DNA of 64,000 nucleotides from Alphaproteobacteria bacterium (GTDB lineage Bacteria > Pseudomonadota > Alphaproteobacteria > UBA828). Shown in pieces: positions 1 to 8,386 of this stretch. The stretch lies in assembly GCA_965237415.1 (NCBI GenBank), contig CBDEFM010000002.1, positions 2,496,001 to 2,560,000 of the forward strand, in the 5' to 3' direction. Below the pieces are notes generated by a model. It ran no database searches. It had not been told where the DNA came from and saw only the letters and a program-made list of their open reading frames with translations. Position 1 is the stretch's first letter, and each line of letters begins with the position of its first letter. The translations under genes were made by a program, and so were the position numbers.

Positions 1-1
1 C

Positions 2-433
2 ATCGCCTGCTCGGAGTGGACGGGAGTTCGCCTCGCCGATGTGCTCAAGGCGGCAGGCGTGAAGAGCACCGTCGTCTACACCGCGCACGAGGGCGCGGAT
101 ACGCACCCCTCCGGCGAGCCGGACGTCCGCCCGATCTCGCGCGGCGTGCCGATCGCCAAGGCCATGGACCCGAACACCCTCGTTGCCTTCGCCCAGAACG
201 GCCGGCCCATTCACCCCATGAACGGCGCGCCGCTGCGCCTGGTCGTCCCCGGATGGCCGGGGTCGTGCTCGCAAAAATGGCGCGCCTCGATTGAGTTTCC
301 GGGACCCGGATACTACGAGATCTGGGCCAGGGCGACGGATTCCGAGGGCGTCGGCCAGCCCCACGCCATCGCCTGGAACCCGAAGGGCTACCTCAACAAC
401 GCGCTCCACCGCGTCGCGGTCACGGTGGGTTAG
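2..433 (+). CDS. Sulfite oxidase family molybdoenzyme (SorT/SoxC-like), 5'-truncated by the window edge, with an apparent internal in-frame deletion
   Basis: The frame from nt 2 reads IACSEWTGVRLADVLKAAG...NGRPIHPMNGAPLRLVVPGWPGSCSQKW and then goes directly to RASIEFPGPGYYEIWARATD...WNPKGYLNN. These are Moco-domain and dimerisation-domain motifs with the intervening segment missing. Confidence 0.8.
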   Translation: MACSEWTGVRLADVLKAAGVKSTVVYTAHEGADTHPSGEPDVRPISRGVPIAKAMDPNTLVAFAQNGRPIHPMNGAPLRLVVPGWPGSCSQKWRASIEFPGPGYYEIWARATDSEGVGQPHAIAWNPKGYLNNALHRVAVTVG

Positions 434-726
434 CCCGGACCATGGTGCGGTACACGGCGTGCGGCGGGCGCATCAGGATCGCGCCATGCAGGGCGAGAGC
501 GAGCGAGCCACGGCGGGCGGAGTGCACGGGCGCGCGCAAACCTGTTCCGCGCGCACGAACCTATGTGACGCGCGCGTGACCTTATATGCCGCGCGCACGA
601 CCCTGCGGGCGTGCGCGACTCAGGCACGCGCGACGCCGGCGTGCCTGACCCAATATTCCGCCCGCACGACCCTGCGGGCGTGCGCGACATCCCACTTATC
701 CCACTTAATCCCGGCGAATCCCGCTT
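434..726 (+). repeat. Modular intergenic repeat, copy A (REP-like hairpins plus ATCCCACTT array)
   Basis: Starts CCCGGACCATGG immediately after a stop codon. Contains an exact 26-nt direct repeat at 594-619 and 663-688. The 38-nt block 689-726 matches the reverse complement of 63158-63195 at 37/38. Shares blocks with 47616-47780. Confidence 0.8.
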
Positions 727-886
727 CAAGAAAAGTGTTTCGCGCGCGTCCCGCGCAAGACAGGCCGCAACCGGGGTGAGCAATCCAAGATAGTTCTTGC
801 GCTCCCTGCCCTCGGCGGTTTATTCCGCCGCTCCCCGGACGGAGCGTGTTGCCCCGCCGGCACCGCCACCCCACATCCGCATTGCC

Positions 887-2137
887 ATGACCACGACGCT
901 TCGGCAGCTGGCCGCGCTGCTGCTCAGCACGGCAATCCTCTTCACCGGCAACGGGCTGATCAATACGCTCCTGCCCGTGCGGGCCGAGATCGAGGCCTTC
1001 TCGACGCTCGAGATCGGCCTGCTCGGCACTGTCTATTTCGCGGGCTTCATCCTCGGCTGCCTCAACGTGCCCCTCGTCGTGCGCCGTGTCGGCCACATCA
1101 GGACCTTCGCGACGCTTTCCAGCGTCATCGCCGCCACGGCGCTCGCCCATGTCTTCCTCATCGACCCGATCGCTTGGGGCGTGCTGCGCTTCTTCGCGGG
1201 CTTCGCGTTCGCCGGACTATACGTCGTGATCGAGAGCTGGCTGAACGACCGCGCCGCCTCCGCCAACCGCGGCGCCATAATGTCGGCCTACACCTTCATC
1301 AGCCTCTGCGTGCTGATGGCCGGGCAGTTCCTGCTGACGGCCTACGACCCGGCAGGGGTTGAGTTGTTCGCGCTGGTCGCCATTCTCATCGCGATCGCGC
1401 TGGTTCCGGTATCGCTGACCAAGGCGCCGGAGCCGCCCAGGCCTGCGACCATCGGCCTCGACATCGCGGGCCTCTGGCGCCTCTCGCCGGTGGGGTTTGT
1501 GGGGTGCCTGAGCGTCGGCCTCGTCAACGGCTCGTTCTGGACGCTGGGGCCCATCTTCGCCAGCCGCAGCGGCCTCGACATCGACAATCTGGTCTACTTC
1601 ATCGCGGGCGCGACGCTCGCCGGTGCGGTTGCACAATGGCCGCTCGGCCTGATCTCCGACCGCATCGACCGGCGCTTCGTGATCATCGGCGCGACTCTCT
1701 GCGCGGCCGCGAGCGGCGTGCTGCTCAGCACCTGGGCGGAACCGTCCACCACCCTGCTGATCGGGCTCTCTGCCGCCTTCGGCGGCTTCGCCATGCCGCT
1801 CTACGCCGTGTCGGTGGCCCACGCGAACGACATGGCGGAGGATACCCGCTTCGTGACGACCGCCGGTGGGCTACTGCTCGTCTACGGGCTGGGCGCCTCG
1901 CTCGGGCCGCTGATCGCCTCTGCGCTGATGGGGTATTACGGCAACGGCGGCTTGTTCATGTTCACGACGTCCGTCCACGCGGCGCTCGCGCTCTTCACCA
2001 TCGTCCGCATCGCGCTCCGGCGGAGGCCGACGCAGGAGGACCGCAGCGACTTCGTGGCGGTGCCGCGCACCTCGCCCACCCTTTATGAGCTGGACCCGCG
2101 CTCCGAGCCGGAATCGGACGGCGACAAGCGGCGCTGA
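887..2137 (+). CDS. MFS transporter (YcaD-like)
   Basis: About 12 hydrophobic segments; motifs VGHIRTFA, YVVIESWLN, QWPLGLISDRIDRR. ATG at 887 chosen over the upstream TTG. Confidence 0.85.
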   Translation: MTTTLRQLAALLLSTAILFTGNGLINTLLPVRAEIEAFSTLEIGLLGTVYFAGFILGCLNVPLVVRRVGHIRTFATLSSVIAATALAHVFLIDPIAWGVLRFFAGFAFAGLYVVIESWLNDRAASANRGAIMSAYTFISLCVLMAGQFLLTAYDPAGVELFALVAILIAIALVPVSLTKAPEPPRPATIGLDIAGLWRLSPVGFVGCLSVGLVNGSFWTLGPIFASRSGLDIDNLVYFIAGATLAGAVAQWPLGLISDRIDRRFVIIGATLCAAASGVLLSTWAEPSTTLLIGLSAAFGGFAMPLYAVSVAHANDMAEDTRFVTTAGGLLLVYGLGASLGPLIASALMGYYGNGGLFMFTTSVHAALALFTIVRIALRRRPTQEDRSDFVAVPRTSPTLYELDPRSEPESDGDKRR

Positions 2138-2212
2138 TGCGGTCATGCTTGCGCGATTCTGGCGGACGCCTCGCCGCGTCCCGGCCGCTCTCGCAGACCG
2201 TGAGGAGGCCTC

Positions 2213-3100
2213 TTGACCACCATTCCGGGTTCCGGGCCCGATCGCGGCCGCATCACGGGCCGTCTCTGGGTGCTCTCGGCCGGGCTCTGCATGAGCCTCG
2301 GCGGGCCGATCATCCGGCTCGCCGACGACAGCACTCCGTGGCAGTTCCTCTTTTACCGCTCCCTCGGCGCGGCGGCGATCATCCTCGTCTATTTCCTCGT
2401 CACCCGCCGCCCGGTGCTGGACCTGGTTCGAAGCGCGGGCGTGAACGGACTGGTGGGCGGCCTCGGGCTCGCGGTCGCGTTCACCGGTTATGTGTGGGGT
2501 GTCATGCACTCCACGGTGGCGAATGCGCTCTTCTTGATCAGCGCATCGCCGCTGTTTGCGGCGTTCCTCGGCTGGATGGTGCTGCGCGAGCGGGTGGCCC
2601 GTTCCATGTGGTTCGCTATGTTCGGCGTGATCGCCGGTGTCACCATCATGATCGGAGAGGGTCTGGCCGAGGCCGATCTGCTCGGCGATCTGGCGGCGCT
2701 CGCCTCGGCCGTGGGGTTCGCCGTCTTCTCGGTCGCCATCCGGCGCGGCCGCGACACCGACATGTCGCCGACGATCCTGATCGGTGCGGCGATCACCGCC
2801 GCATTCAGCGCGGTGATGGCGGCAGCCGGCGGCACCGGTCTCGCGGCACCGATGATGGATGTGGGGCTGGCCGCGGCCTACGGGGTGCTGGTCATCGGCG
2901 CCGGTATCTTCATGCTGACCATCGGTGCCCGGAACGTGCCAGCGGCCGAGCTCCTGGTATTGTCGCTGACCGAAGTGGTGTTCGCGTCGATCTGGGTCTG
3001 GCTCGCCTTCGGCGAGGTGCCGAGCGTCCTCACCCTCGTCGGCGGGTTGATCATCCTCGGCAGCATTGGGGGCCAGGCCGTCGTCGGGATGCGACGATAG
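2213..3100 (+). CDS. DMT/EamA family transporter
   Basis: About 10 TM segments with SPLFAAFLGWMVLRE and WVWLAFGEVP motifs; GAGGAGG SD before the TTG start. Confidence 0.85.
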   Translation: MTTIPGSGPDRGRITGRLWVLSAGLCMSLGGPIIRLADDSTPWQFLFYRSLGAAAIILVYFLVTRRPVLDLVRSAGVNGLVGGLGLAVAFTGYVWGVMHSTVANALFLISASPLFAAFLGWMVLRERVARSMWFAMFGVIAGVTIMIGEGLAEADLLGDLAALASAVGFAVFSVAIRRGRDTDMSPTILIGAAITAAFSAVMAAAGGTGLAAPMMDVGLAAAYGVLVIGAGIFMLTIGARNVPAAELLVLSLTEVVFASIWVWLAFGEVPSVLTLVGGLIILGSIGGQAVVGMRR

Positions 3101-3114
3101 GCGGGCCGGCTCAC

Positions 3115-4422
3115 TCACTCCACCTTGGAGGGACCCTGGCGGACGAGCTTCGTGCCGAAGCCGCGACCCCTGGCGATGGCGTCCTCGCCGAATTTCTCGC
3201 GCACCGCGTCAAGCGCCTTGCCGATCTTGTCCTCGGCAGGCGCGGCGCCGCCGAAGAGGTCGCCTTGGATGCTCCCACCGGCCTCGACCGCCTCGCCCGC
3301 CTGAATGAGGGCATGGGCGCCGATCCCGATCAGGCGGAAGGCACGGCCGTCGGCCTCCCGCGCAAGCAACGGCGCGGCCGCGCGGAACATCTCGTCTGCC
3401 GATTGGGTGGCGGCGCTCAAGCGGCGGGCGCGGGTGACGGTGCGAAAGTCGGCGGTCTTGAGCTTGAGCGTGACGCCCCCGCCGGCGAGGCCGGCCTTCT
3501 TCATGCGCCGCGCCACTGTCTCGGTGAGCCGCCAGAGGATCGGCCGCAGCCGCTCCGGATCGGACAGGTCCTCATCGAGCGTGATTTCGGAGGAGATGCT
3601 CTTGGTCTCGCGCTCAGGATTGACCGCCCGGTCGTCCTCGCCTCGGGCGAAGTGATGGAGCCGGCTGCCGATCTTGCCGTATCGCGCGGTGAGCGTCGCT
3701 TCGTCGAGGCGGGCGAGCTCACCGATGCGCGTGATGCCATCTTGCGCGAGGCGTCTCTGCATCGCCGCGCCCACGCCCCACAGCAGCCCCACCGGCTTGT
3801 CGGCGAGGAAGGCGCGGGCTTCGGCCCGGCCGATCACGGCGAAGCCCCGCGGCTTGTCCAAGTCGGAGGCGATCTTGGCCAGAAACTTGTTGTAGCTGAG
3901 GCCGATGGAGACGGTGATGGAGAGTGCCCCCTCCACCCGGCGCGCCAACGCCGCCAGGGTCTCCGCCGCGCTCGCGCGGTGCAGGGCCTCGGTGCCGGAG
4001 AGGTCCATGAACGCCTCGTCGATGGAGAGCGGCTCCACGAGCGGCGTGCAGTCCAGCATCATCGCGCGGACCTCGCGGCCCACGGCCGTGTACTTCTTCA
4101 TGTCGGGCTTGATGACTTCGGCCTCGGGGCAGGCACGAAGTGCCTTGAACATGGGCATGGCGGAGCGCACGCCGTAGGTGCGGGTGATGTAGCAGCAGGC
4201 GGCGACCACGCCCCGGTGGCGGCCGCCGACGATCACGGGGCGGTCGCGGAGCTCCGGGCGGTCGCGCTTCTCGATCGCGGCGTAGAAGGCGTCGCAGTCG
4301 AGATGGGCGATGGTGAGATCGTGAAGCTCCGCGTGGCTCAGCACACGCGCGGAGCCGCAGGCCGGGCAGGTGCCGGTCGAGCCGAGCGGCCGGTGGCCGC
4401 AATCGCGGCACAGGGTTTGCAC
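3115..4422 (-). CDS. dinB: DNA polymerase IV with N-terminal zinc ribbon
   Basis: HLDCDAFYAAIE, SAMPMFKA, SIDEAFMD, LAKIASDLDKPRG; N-terminal CRDC...CPAC. GTG start at 4422 inferred. Confidence 0.93.
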   Translation of the reverse strand: MQTLCRDCGHRPLGSTGTCPACGSARVLSHAELHDLTIAHLDCDAFYAAIEKRDRPELRDRPVIVGGRHRGVVAACCYITRTYGVRSAMPMFKALRACPEAEVIKPDMKKYTAVGREVRAMMLDCTPLVEPLSIDEAFMDLSGTEALHRASAAETLAALARRVEGALSITVSIGLSYNKFLAKIASDLDKPRGFAVIGRAEARAFLADKPVGLLWGVGAAMQRRLAQDGITRIGELARLDEATLTARYGKIGSRLHHFARGEDDRAVNPERETKSISSEITLDEDLSDPERLRPILWRLTETVARRMKKAGLAGGGVTLKLKTADFRTVTRARRLSAATQSADEMFRAAAPLLAREADGRAFRLIGIGAHALIQAGEAVEAGGSIQGDLFGGAAPAEDKIGKALDAVREKFGEDAIARGRGFGTKLVRQGPSKVE

Positions 4423-4545
4423 AGGCCGATCATAGGACTGGATCCGGGCCGAGCGAAGCCGCGCATCCACCGCCAAGCCACCGACCCGGATGAGGATGTC
4501 GCCTTGTGGCGCCGCGAAGCGCACTTCCACCCGCCTGCCGGTAGG

Positions 4546-5760
4546 CTACTCGAAGCCGCAGGCCGCCGCCGTCGTACCGATCGATGCCCAGCGGCTCTCA
4601 CGGTCTCCAAAGCATCCGTCGCGCCACGCCCCTTCGTAGGTGGCGCCGTCGCCTTGGACGTACGTTCCCTGGCCATGCGGCCTGCCTTCGCGCCATCCGC
4701 CCTCGTAGCGCTGGCCGTTGGCGCCGACGTAGGTTCCGTATCCGTGCTGTTTGCCGTCGCGAAGTTCGCCCTCGTAGCGGAAGCCGTTGGACCACTCGAA
4801 GACGCCGCGTCCGTGCATCTTGCCGGCCTGCATGCCGCCCTCGTACACCCCTTCGCCGCCGCGAAAGACCAAGCGTCCTTCGCCGGAGGCCTTGTCATCC
4901 ACGCAGGCGCCCGACCAGGTGAAGGGCTCGTAGTCCCTGTTGCCGTAGTTCCACACCTGGCAGGGCTCGTTCACGGCAATCGACCAGCTCGGGCCGACGG
5001 GCTCGAGAGGGGATACCGTTTTCGCCGTCGCCGTGGTCGACGCCGGCTGGGGCGCCTCCCGCACCGCCCGCAAGAGCGGTGCGTAGATGTACGCCGTGTC
5101 GCCGCTACGCGGATACGCCACCCGCAGCCAATCGCGCCTCCGCACTTCGCCGGTGACGCGCAGCTCGTCGCCGGTCATCACCGTCCCCACGATGTCGTAG
5201 TCGGGACCGGGGCCGGTCCTGACATTGGCCGCCTCTCTCGCCGACATCAGACGGTCCACCGGCTTCACCCGGTAGCGGTCTCTCGGCGGGCCCTCCAGCG
5301 CCGGCTCTTCGTCCCGCTCGCTCGCAATACTGTCGTCCGGGTCAGGGTCATCGGTGCCGCACTTTGACCGCTCGAACGAGAAGTGCCCGACGCACGCCCG
5401 CGCTTGCTCCCGGAAGAGCGATAGACAGGCGGCGAACTCCTGGTTCTCGGTCTCGGTCGCAAACTCGGTGTTGTCCCAGCAGAGCGCGATCTTGCGGTCG
5501 ATGGTGCCGAGGCATTGCGCTCGCTGCGCGGGAAGGTCCGTGTAGGACACACCCTCGATATCGCCGTGCCTGGGCTTGACCACCTGCCCGTCGGGCGTAT
5601 CGCAACTGAAGGGGAAAGCCCGGATACGCGTCTCCGCCGCTTCGGCGCTCGACCACAGCGTCAGTGCGACAAGCCCCGCCGCCACCGCCGAGAAAACGCT
5701 CATTCCCACTCGGTACTGCACGTCCCGCACCAGCCGCCGAGCTCGACCTGACCGTGCCAT
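4546..5760 (-). CDS. Secreted protein with Cys-rich N-terminal domain, bacterial SH3 domain and MORN repeats
   Basis: Signal-like AAGLVALTLWSSAEA; ANVRTGPGPDYDIVG...WLRV (SH3b); tandem YEGELRDGKQHGYG / YEGGWREGRPHGQG (MORN). Start is either 5760 or 5703. Confidence 0.75.
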   Translation of the reverse strand: MARSGRARRLVRDVQYRVGMSVFSAVAAGLVALTLWSSAEAAETRIRAFPFSCDTPDGQVVKPRHGDIEGVSYTDLPAQRAQCLGTIDRKIALCWDNTEFATETENQEFAACLSLFREQARACVGHFSFERSKCGTDDPDPDDSIASERDEEPALEGPPRDRYRVKPVDRLMSAREAANVRTGPGPDYDIVGTVMTGDELRVTGEVRRRDWLRVAYPRSGDTAYIYAPLLRAVREAPQPASTTATAKTVSPLEPVGPSWSIAVNEPCQVWNYGNRDYEPFTWSGACVDDKASGEGRLVFRGGEGVYEGGMQAGKMHGRGVFEWSNGFRYEGELRDGKQHGYGTYVGANGQRYEGGWREGRPHGQGTYVQGDGATYEGAWRDGCFGDRESRWASIGTTAAACGFE

Positions 5761-5839
5761 GCCAAGGGTGCCTCCCAATATGCTCGAAGTATAGTACAGA
5801 TGGTGACCGGAACGCGTCCCGAAGACGCACGTCACCCGC

Positions 5840-6316
5840 ATGGCCAAGGGTGGACCCTGCTTGGCGCCGTCACGGGACGCTGGAAGGAGGCCGCCGATAG
5901 ACGCCGACGAGATCATCGCTCGTTACGCGCTGACGCCGCACCCGGAAGGCGGTCACTACCGCGAGATATTTCGCGCCTCCGCCAAGGACGGCGGCCGCGG
6001 CGCGGTAACCTCCATCTACTACCTGCTGCGGACGGGGGAGGTCTCCGCCTGGCATCGGATCGATGCGGTGGAGATCTGGCATTATCACGCCGGCGCTGCG
6101 CTCAGGCTCGAGCTCTCGCTCGACGGCGTGACGAAGGCAACCCATCGTCTGGGGGTGAGCGACGGCGCGTGGCCCCAGGTCACGGTTCCTGTCGGCGCTT
6201 GGCAGAGTGCCCGTTCGGAAGGCGACTGGACGCTGGTCGGCTGCACGGTGGCACCCGCTTTCGAGTTCGCGGGCTTCGAGCTCGCCCCACCCGGCTGGCA
6301 CCCGGGACGGAGCTAA
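5840..6316 (+). CDS. Cupin_5 (DUF985) protein
   Basis: PHPEGGHYRE, TSIYYLL, WHRIDAVEIWHYHAG, GCTVAPAFEF. Confidence 0.9.
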   Translation: MAKGGPCLAPSRDAGRRPPIDADEIIARYALTPHPEGGHYREIFRASAKDGGRGAVTSIYYLLRTGEVSAWHRIDAVEIWHYHAGAALRLELSLDGVTKATHRLGVSDGAWPQVTVPVGAWQSARSEGDWTLVGCTVAPAFEFAGFELAPPGWHPGRS

Positions 6317-7716
6317 GCCCGCTCCGCGGCGAAGGCCGAGAGCCGCTCCACGACGAAGCGAACCGACTCCTCGGTTGTCCTGCGACTGATGATGCCGAGG
6401 CGGACGGCCTCGGGCTCGCCGGGCCTGAGCGCCTCCGCCCAGGCGAGCACGCCCTCCTTCCTGAGATGCCCGACCGCGTCCGCGGCAGTGAACGAGCCCG
6501 CGCGCATCGCCGGGTGAACCGCGCAGACAACCGGCAGCGGGGTCCGATTGACGATTTCCCACCCCGCTTCGCGCAGAAGGCGGCGCAGCGTATCGCCGAG
6601 CGCGGCCTCTTGCTCGATCCTCTCGGCAAGTGCCGCCGGCTGGAGAATCGACGTGAGCACCCGGAGCCCGCTGTTGGCGCGCGAGCCCTGGAGCGAGAGA
6701 TAGGCGAACTCCTGCCGCGCCACGGCCCGGCCCGTGACGTTGAACGCGCGCTCGACCGCCTCGCGGTGGCGGCAGAGAAACATGCCGCATCCTCCCGCGC
6801 CGAGCGGCACCAGTGTCTTGTGCGGATCGAAGATGAGCGAATCCGCAGTATCGAGGCCGGCGAGGCAGGCGGCGCGCAAGCGCGGCGAGAACGCGGCGAT
6901 GGCGCCCCACGGCGCATCGACGTGGAACCATGCCCCGTACCGGCGACAGAACGCGCCGATTTCGGCCAGCGGGTCGATGATCCCGGAAGGTGTGGCACCG
7001 ACCGAGCCGATGACCATGAACGGCAGGAATGCGCCCGAATCCGCGTCCGCTGCCATCGCATCCTCAAGCGCGCCCACGTCCATGCGAAGGTCGTTGTCCA
7101 CCGGCACGGTGCGGATCGACGCGGTACCGATCAGGTTGCGCGCGTTCTTCTCGATCGAGACGTGGGTCTGAGGCGAGACATAGAGCGCAGGCCGCACGCT
7201 CAGCGGCAGGCATCCGTGGCGCCAGTACTCGTACGGCTCTTCTCGCCCGGCTTCGTCCGTGCAGAGCGCCGGGTCGTAGGCGCGACAACGCGGGTTGCGA
7301 TGCGAAAGCCGGTCGGTCAAGGCGACGACCATGGCGGTGTGGTTCGCCTCGGTGCCGCATGCGGTGAAGTGACCGGCCCCGCTCTCGGGATCGATGCCGA
7401 AGGCCTCCAGGAGAAGATCGACGCCGAATTGCTCGAAGGCAGCGGAGGCCGGATGCTGGTCCCGCACCGCGACGTTGGCACCGCGGCGGTTGGTCTCGTC
7501 CATGGCGGCGATCGAGGCGGCATCGGCGTCGATGCAGAAATAGCCCATGTTGAGCGGGCTGCTGACATCGGTGTCGTAGAGGTCCGACAATCGCCGGAAG
7601 ATCTGCATGAGCCGATCCACCGGAATATCGCCGGCGCCCGCATCCAGGTTGTCGCGCACGAGTGCATAGAGCGCCTCGAAGGCCGGGGCGTCGCGGGTCG
7701 CGGGCGCTTGAATCAT
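6313..7716 (-). CDS. Group II PLP-dependent decarboxylase (aromatic amino acid/glutamate/DABA decarboxylase family)
   Basis: THVSIEK, GATPSGIIDPL, WFHVDAPWG, and PLP lysine in FDPHKTL. Confidence 0.85.
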   Translation of the reverse strand: MIQAPATRDAPAFEALYALVRDNLDAGAGDIPVDRLMQIFRRLSDLYDTDVSSPLNMGYFCIDADAASIAAMDETNRRGANVAVRDQHPASAAFEQFGVDLLLEAFGIDPESGAGHFTACGTEANHTAMVVALTDRLSHRNPRCRAYDPALCTDEAGREEPYEYWRHGCLPLSVRPALYVSPQTHVSIEKNARNLIGTASIRTVPVDNDLRMDVGALEDAMAADADSGAFLPFMVIGSVGATPSGIIDPLAEIGAFCRRYGAWFHVDAPWGAIAAFSPRLRAACLAGLDTADSLIFDPHKTLVPLGAGGCGMFLCRHREAVERAFNVTGRAVARQEFAYLSLQGSRANSGLRVLTSILQPAALAERIEQEAALGDTLRRLLREAGWEIVNRTPLPVVCAVHPAMRAGSFTAADAVGHLRKEGVLAWAEALRPGEPEAVRLGIISRRTTEESVRFVVERLSAFAAERA

Positions 7717-7803
7717 GGCGGTATCTCCGAGGCGGCGGGTCGCCGACTGACGCGGCGTGGTCCTCGTGTCGTAGAAACGAAGACTAGAGTTGAAGATTCG
7801 CGT

Positions 7804-7834
7804 TTGACATTTTCAAGCATATCATCAATATACT
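7804..7834 (+). promoter_or_regulatory. Candidate sigma70 promoter of mucR
   Basis: TTGAC (7804-7808) + 17 nt + CAATAT, overlapping TATACT at 7829-7834, in an AT-rich patch about 40 nt upstream of the ATG. Confidence 0.6.
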
Positions 7835-7873
7835 CACGGTGAATTTCCAGTCAGCAATGATAAAGAAGCTGAA

Positions 7874-8365
7874 ATGAGTGATCAGACAGAAAACCCCGGC
7901 TCGAACAACGATCTGTTACGCATGACTGCAGATGTCGTCACGGTATACGTAGGCAATAATACCGTGGCGCCGTCTGATCTCGCGGATGTCATTCGTACGG
8001 TTCATGCTTCCCTGCAGCAGGCAAAGGCCAGCGAGAGCAGCGTTGCGACGGCGCTGAAGCCGGCGGTCCCGGTCAAGAAGTCGATCACGCCCGACTATCT
8101 GATCTGCCTCGAGGATGGCCGCGAGCTGAAGATGCTGAAGCGGCATCTGCGCACGACCTACAACCTGACTCCGGACGAATACCGGGCCAAATGGGGCCTC
8201 GATCCCGACTACCCGATGGTCGCGCCCAACTATGCGCGGAGACGGTCGGAGTTTGCGAAGCAGATCGGCCTCGGCCAGAAGAGACGGCGGGCCGGGTCAG
8301 TCGAGGTCGACATCGGCTCTGGGGACAGCGGCGCGTCATCTTCGGGAGGCGGTGCCCTCCAATAG
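7874..8365 (+). CDS. mucR: MucR/Ros family transcriptional regulator
   Basis: PAVPVKKSITPDYLICLEDG...LKRHL...YRAKWGL..DYPMVAPNYA. Confidence 0.95.
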   Translation: MSDQTENPGSNNDLLRMTADVVTVYVGNNTVAPSDLADVIRTVHASLQQAKASESSVATALKPAVPVKKSITPDYLICLEDGRELKMLKRHLRTTYNLTPDEYRAKWGLDPDYPMVAPNYARRRSEFAKQIGLGQKRRRAGSVEVDIGSGDSGASSSGGGALQ

Positions 8366-8386
8366 AGCCCCGCAGAAGCCGGCGGG

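Noticed and set aside
545-726. Possible CRISPR array
   Set aside because: Only two identical 26-nt units, the intervening sequence is itself a hairpin, and there are no cas genes. It fits a REP-like repeat better.
291-793. Short ORFs sharing SHLSHLIPANPA / IPLIPLNP peptides with ORFs near 63156-63433
   Set aside because: The similarity appears in several frames and is explained by the DNA repeat; there is no SD or codon evidence for translation.
2137-5367. 1076-aa ORF on the + strand
   Set aside because: Arg/Gly/Ala-rich with no motifs. It overlaps the DMT gene in another frame and lies antisense to dinB and the MORN gene, which makes it a GC-rich shadow ORF.
5800-7842. 680-aa ORF on the + strand, and similar long frames at 17484-19103, 36692-38635, 47256-49460, 48908-50716 and 54851-57052
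   Set aside because: Shadow frames of well-supported genes with no recognisable domains.
7874-8365. MucR zinc finger with Cys-to-Asp and His-to-Tyr changes
   Set aside because: Such ligand substitutions are common and documented in the Ros/MucR family.
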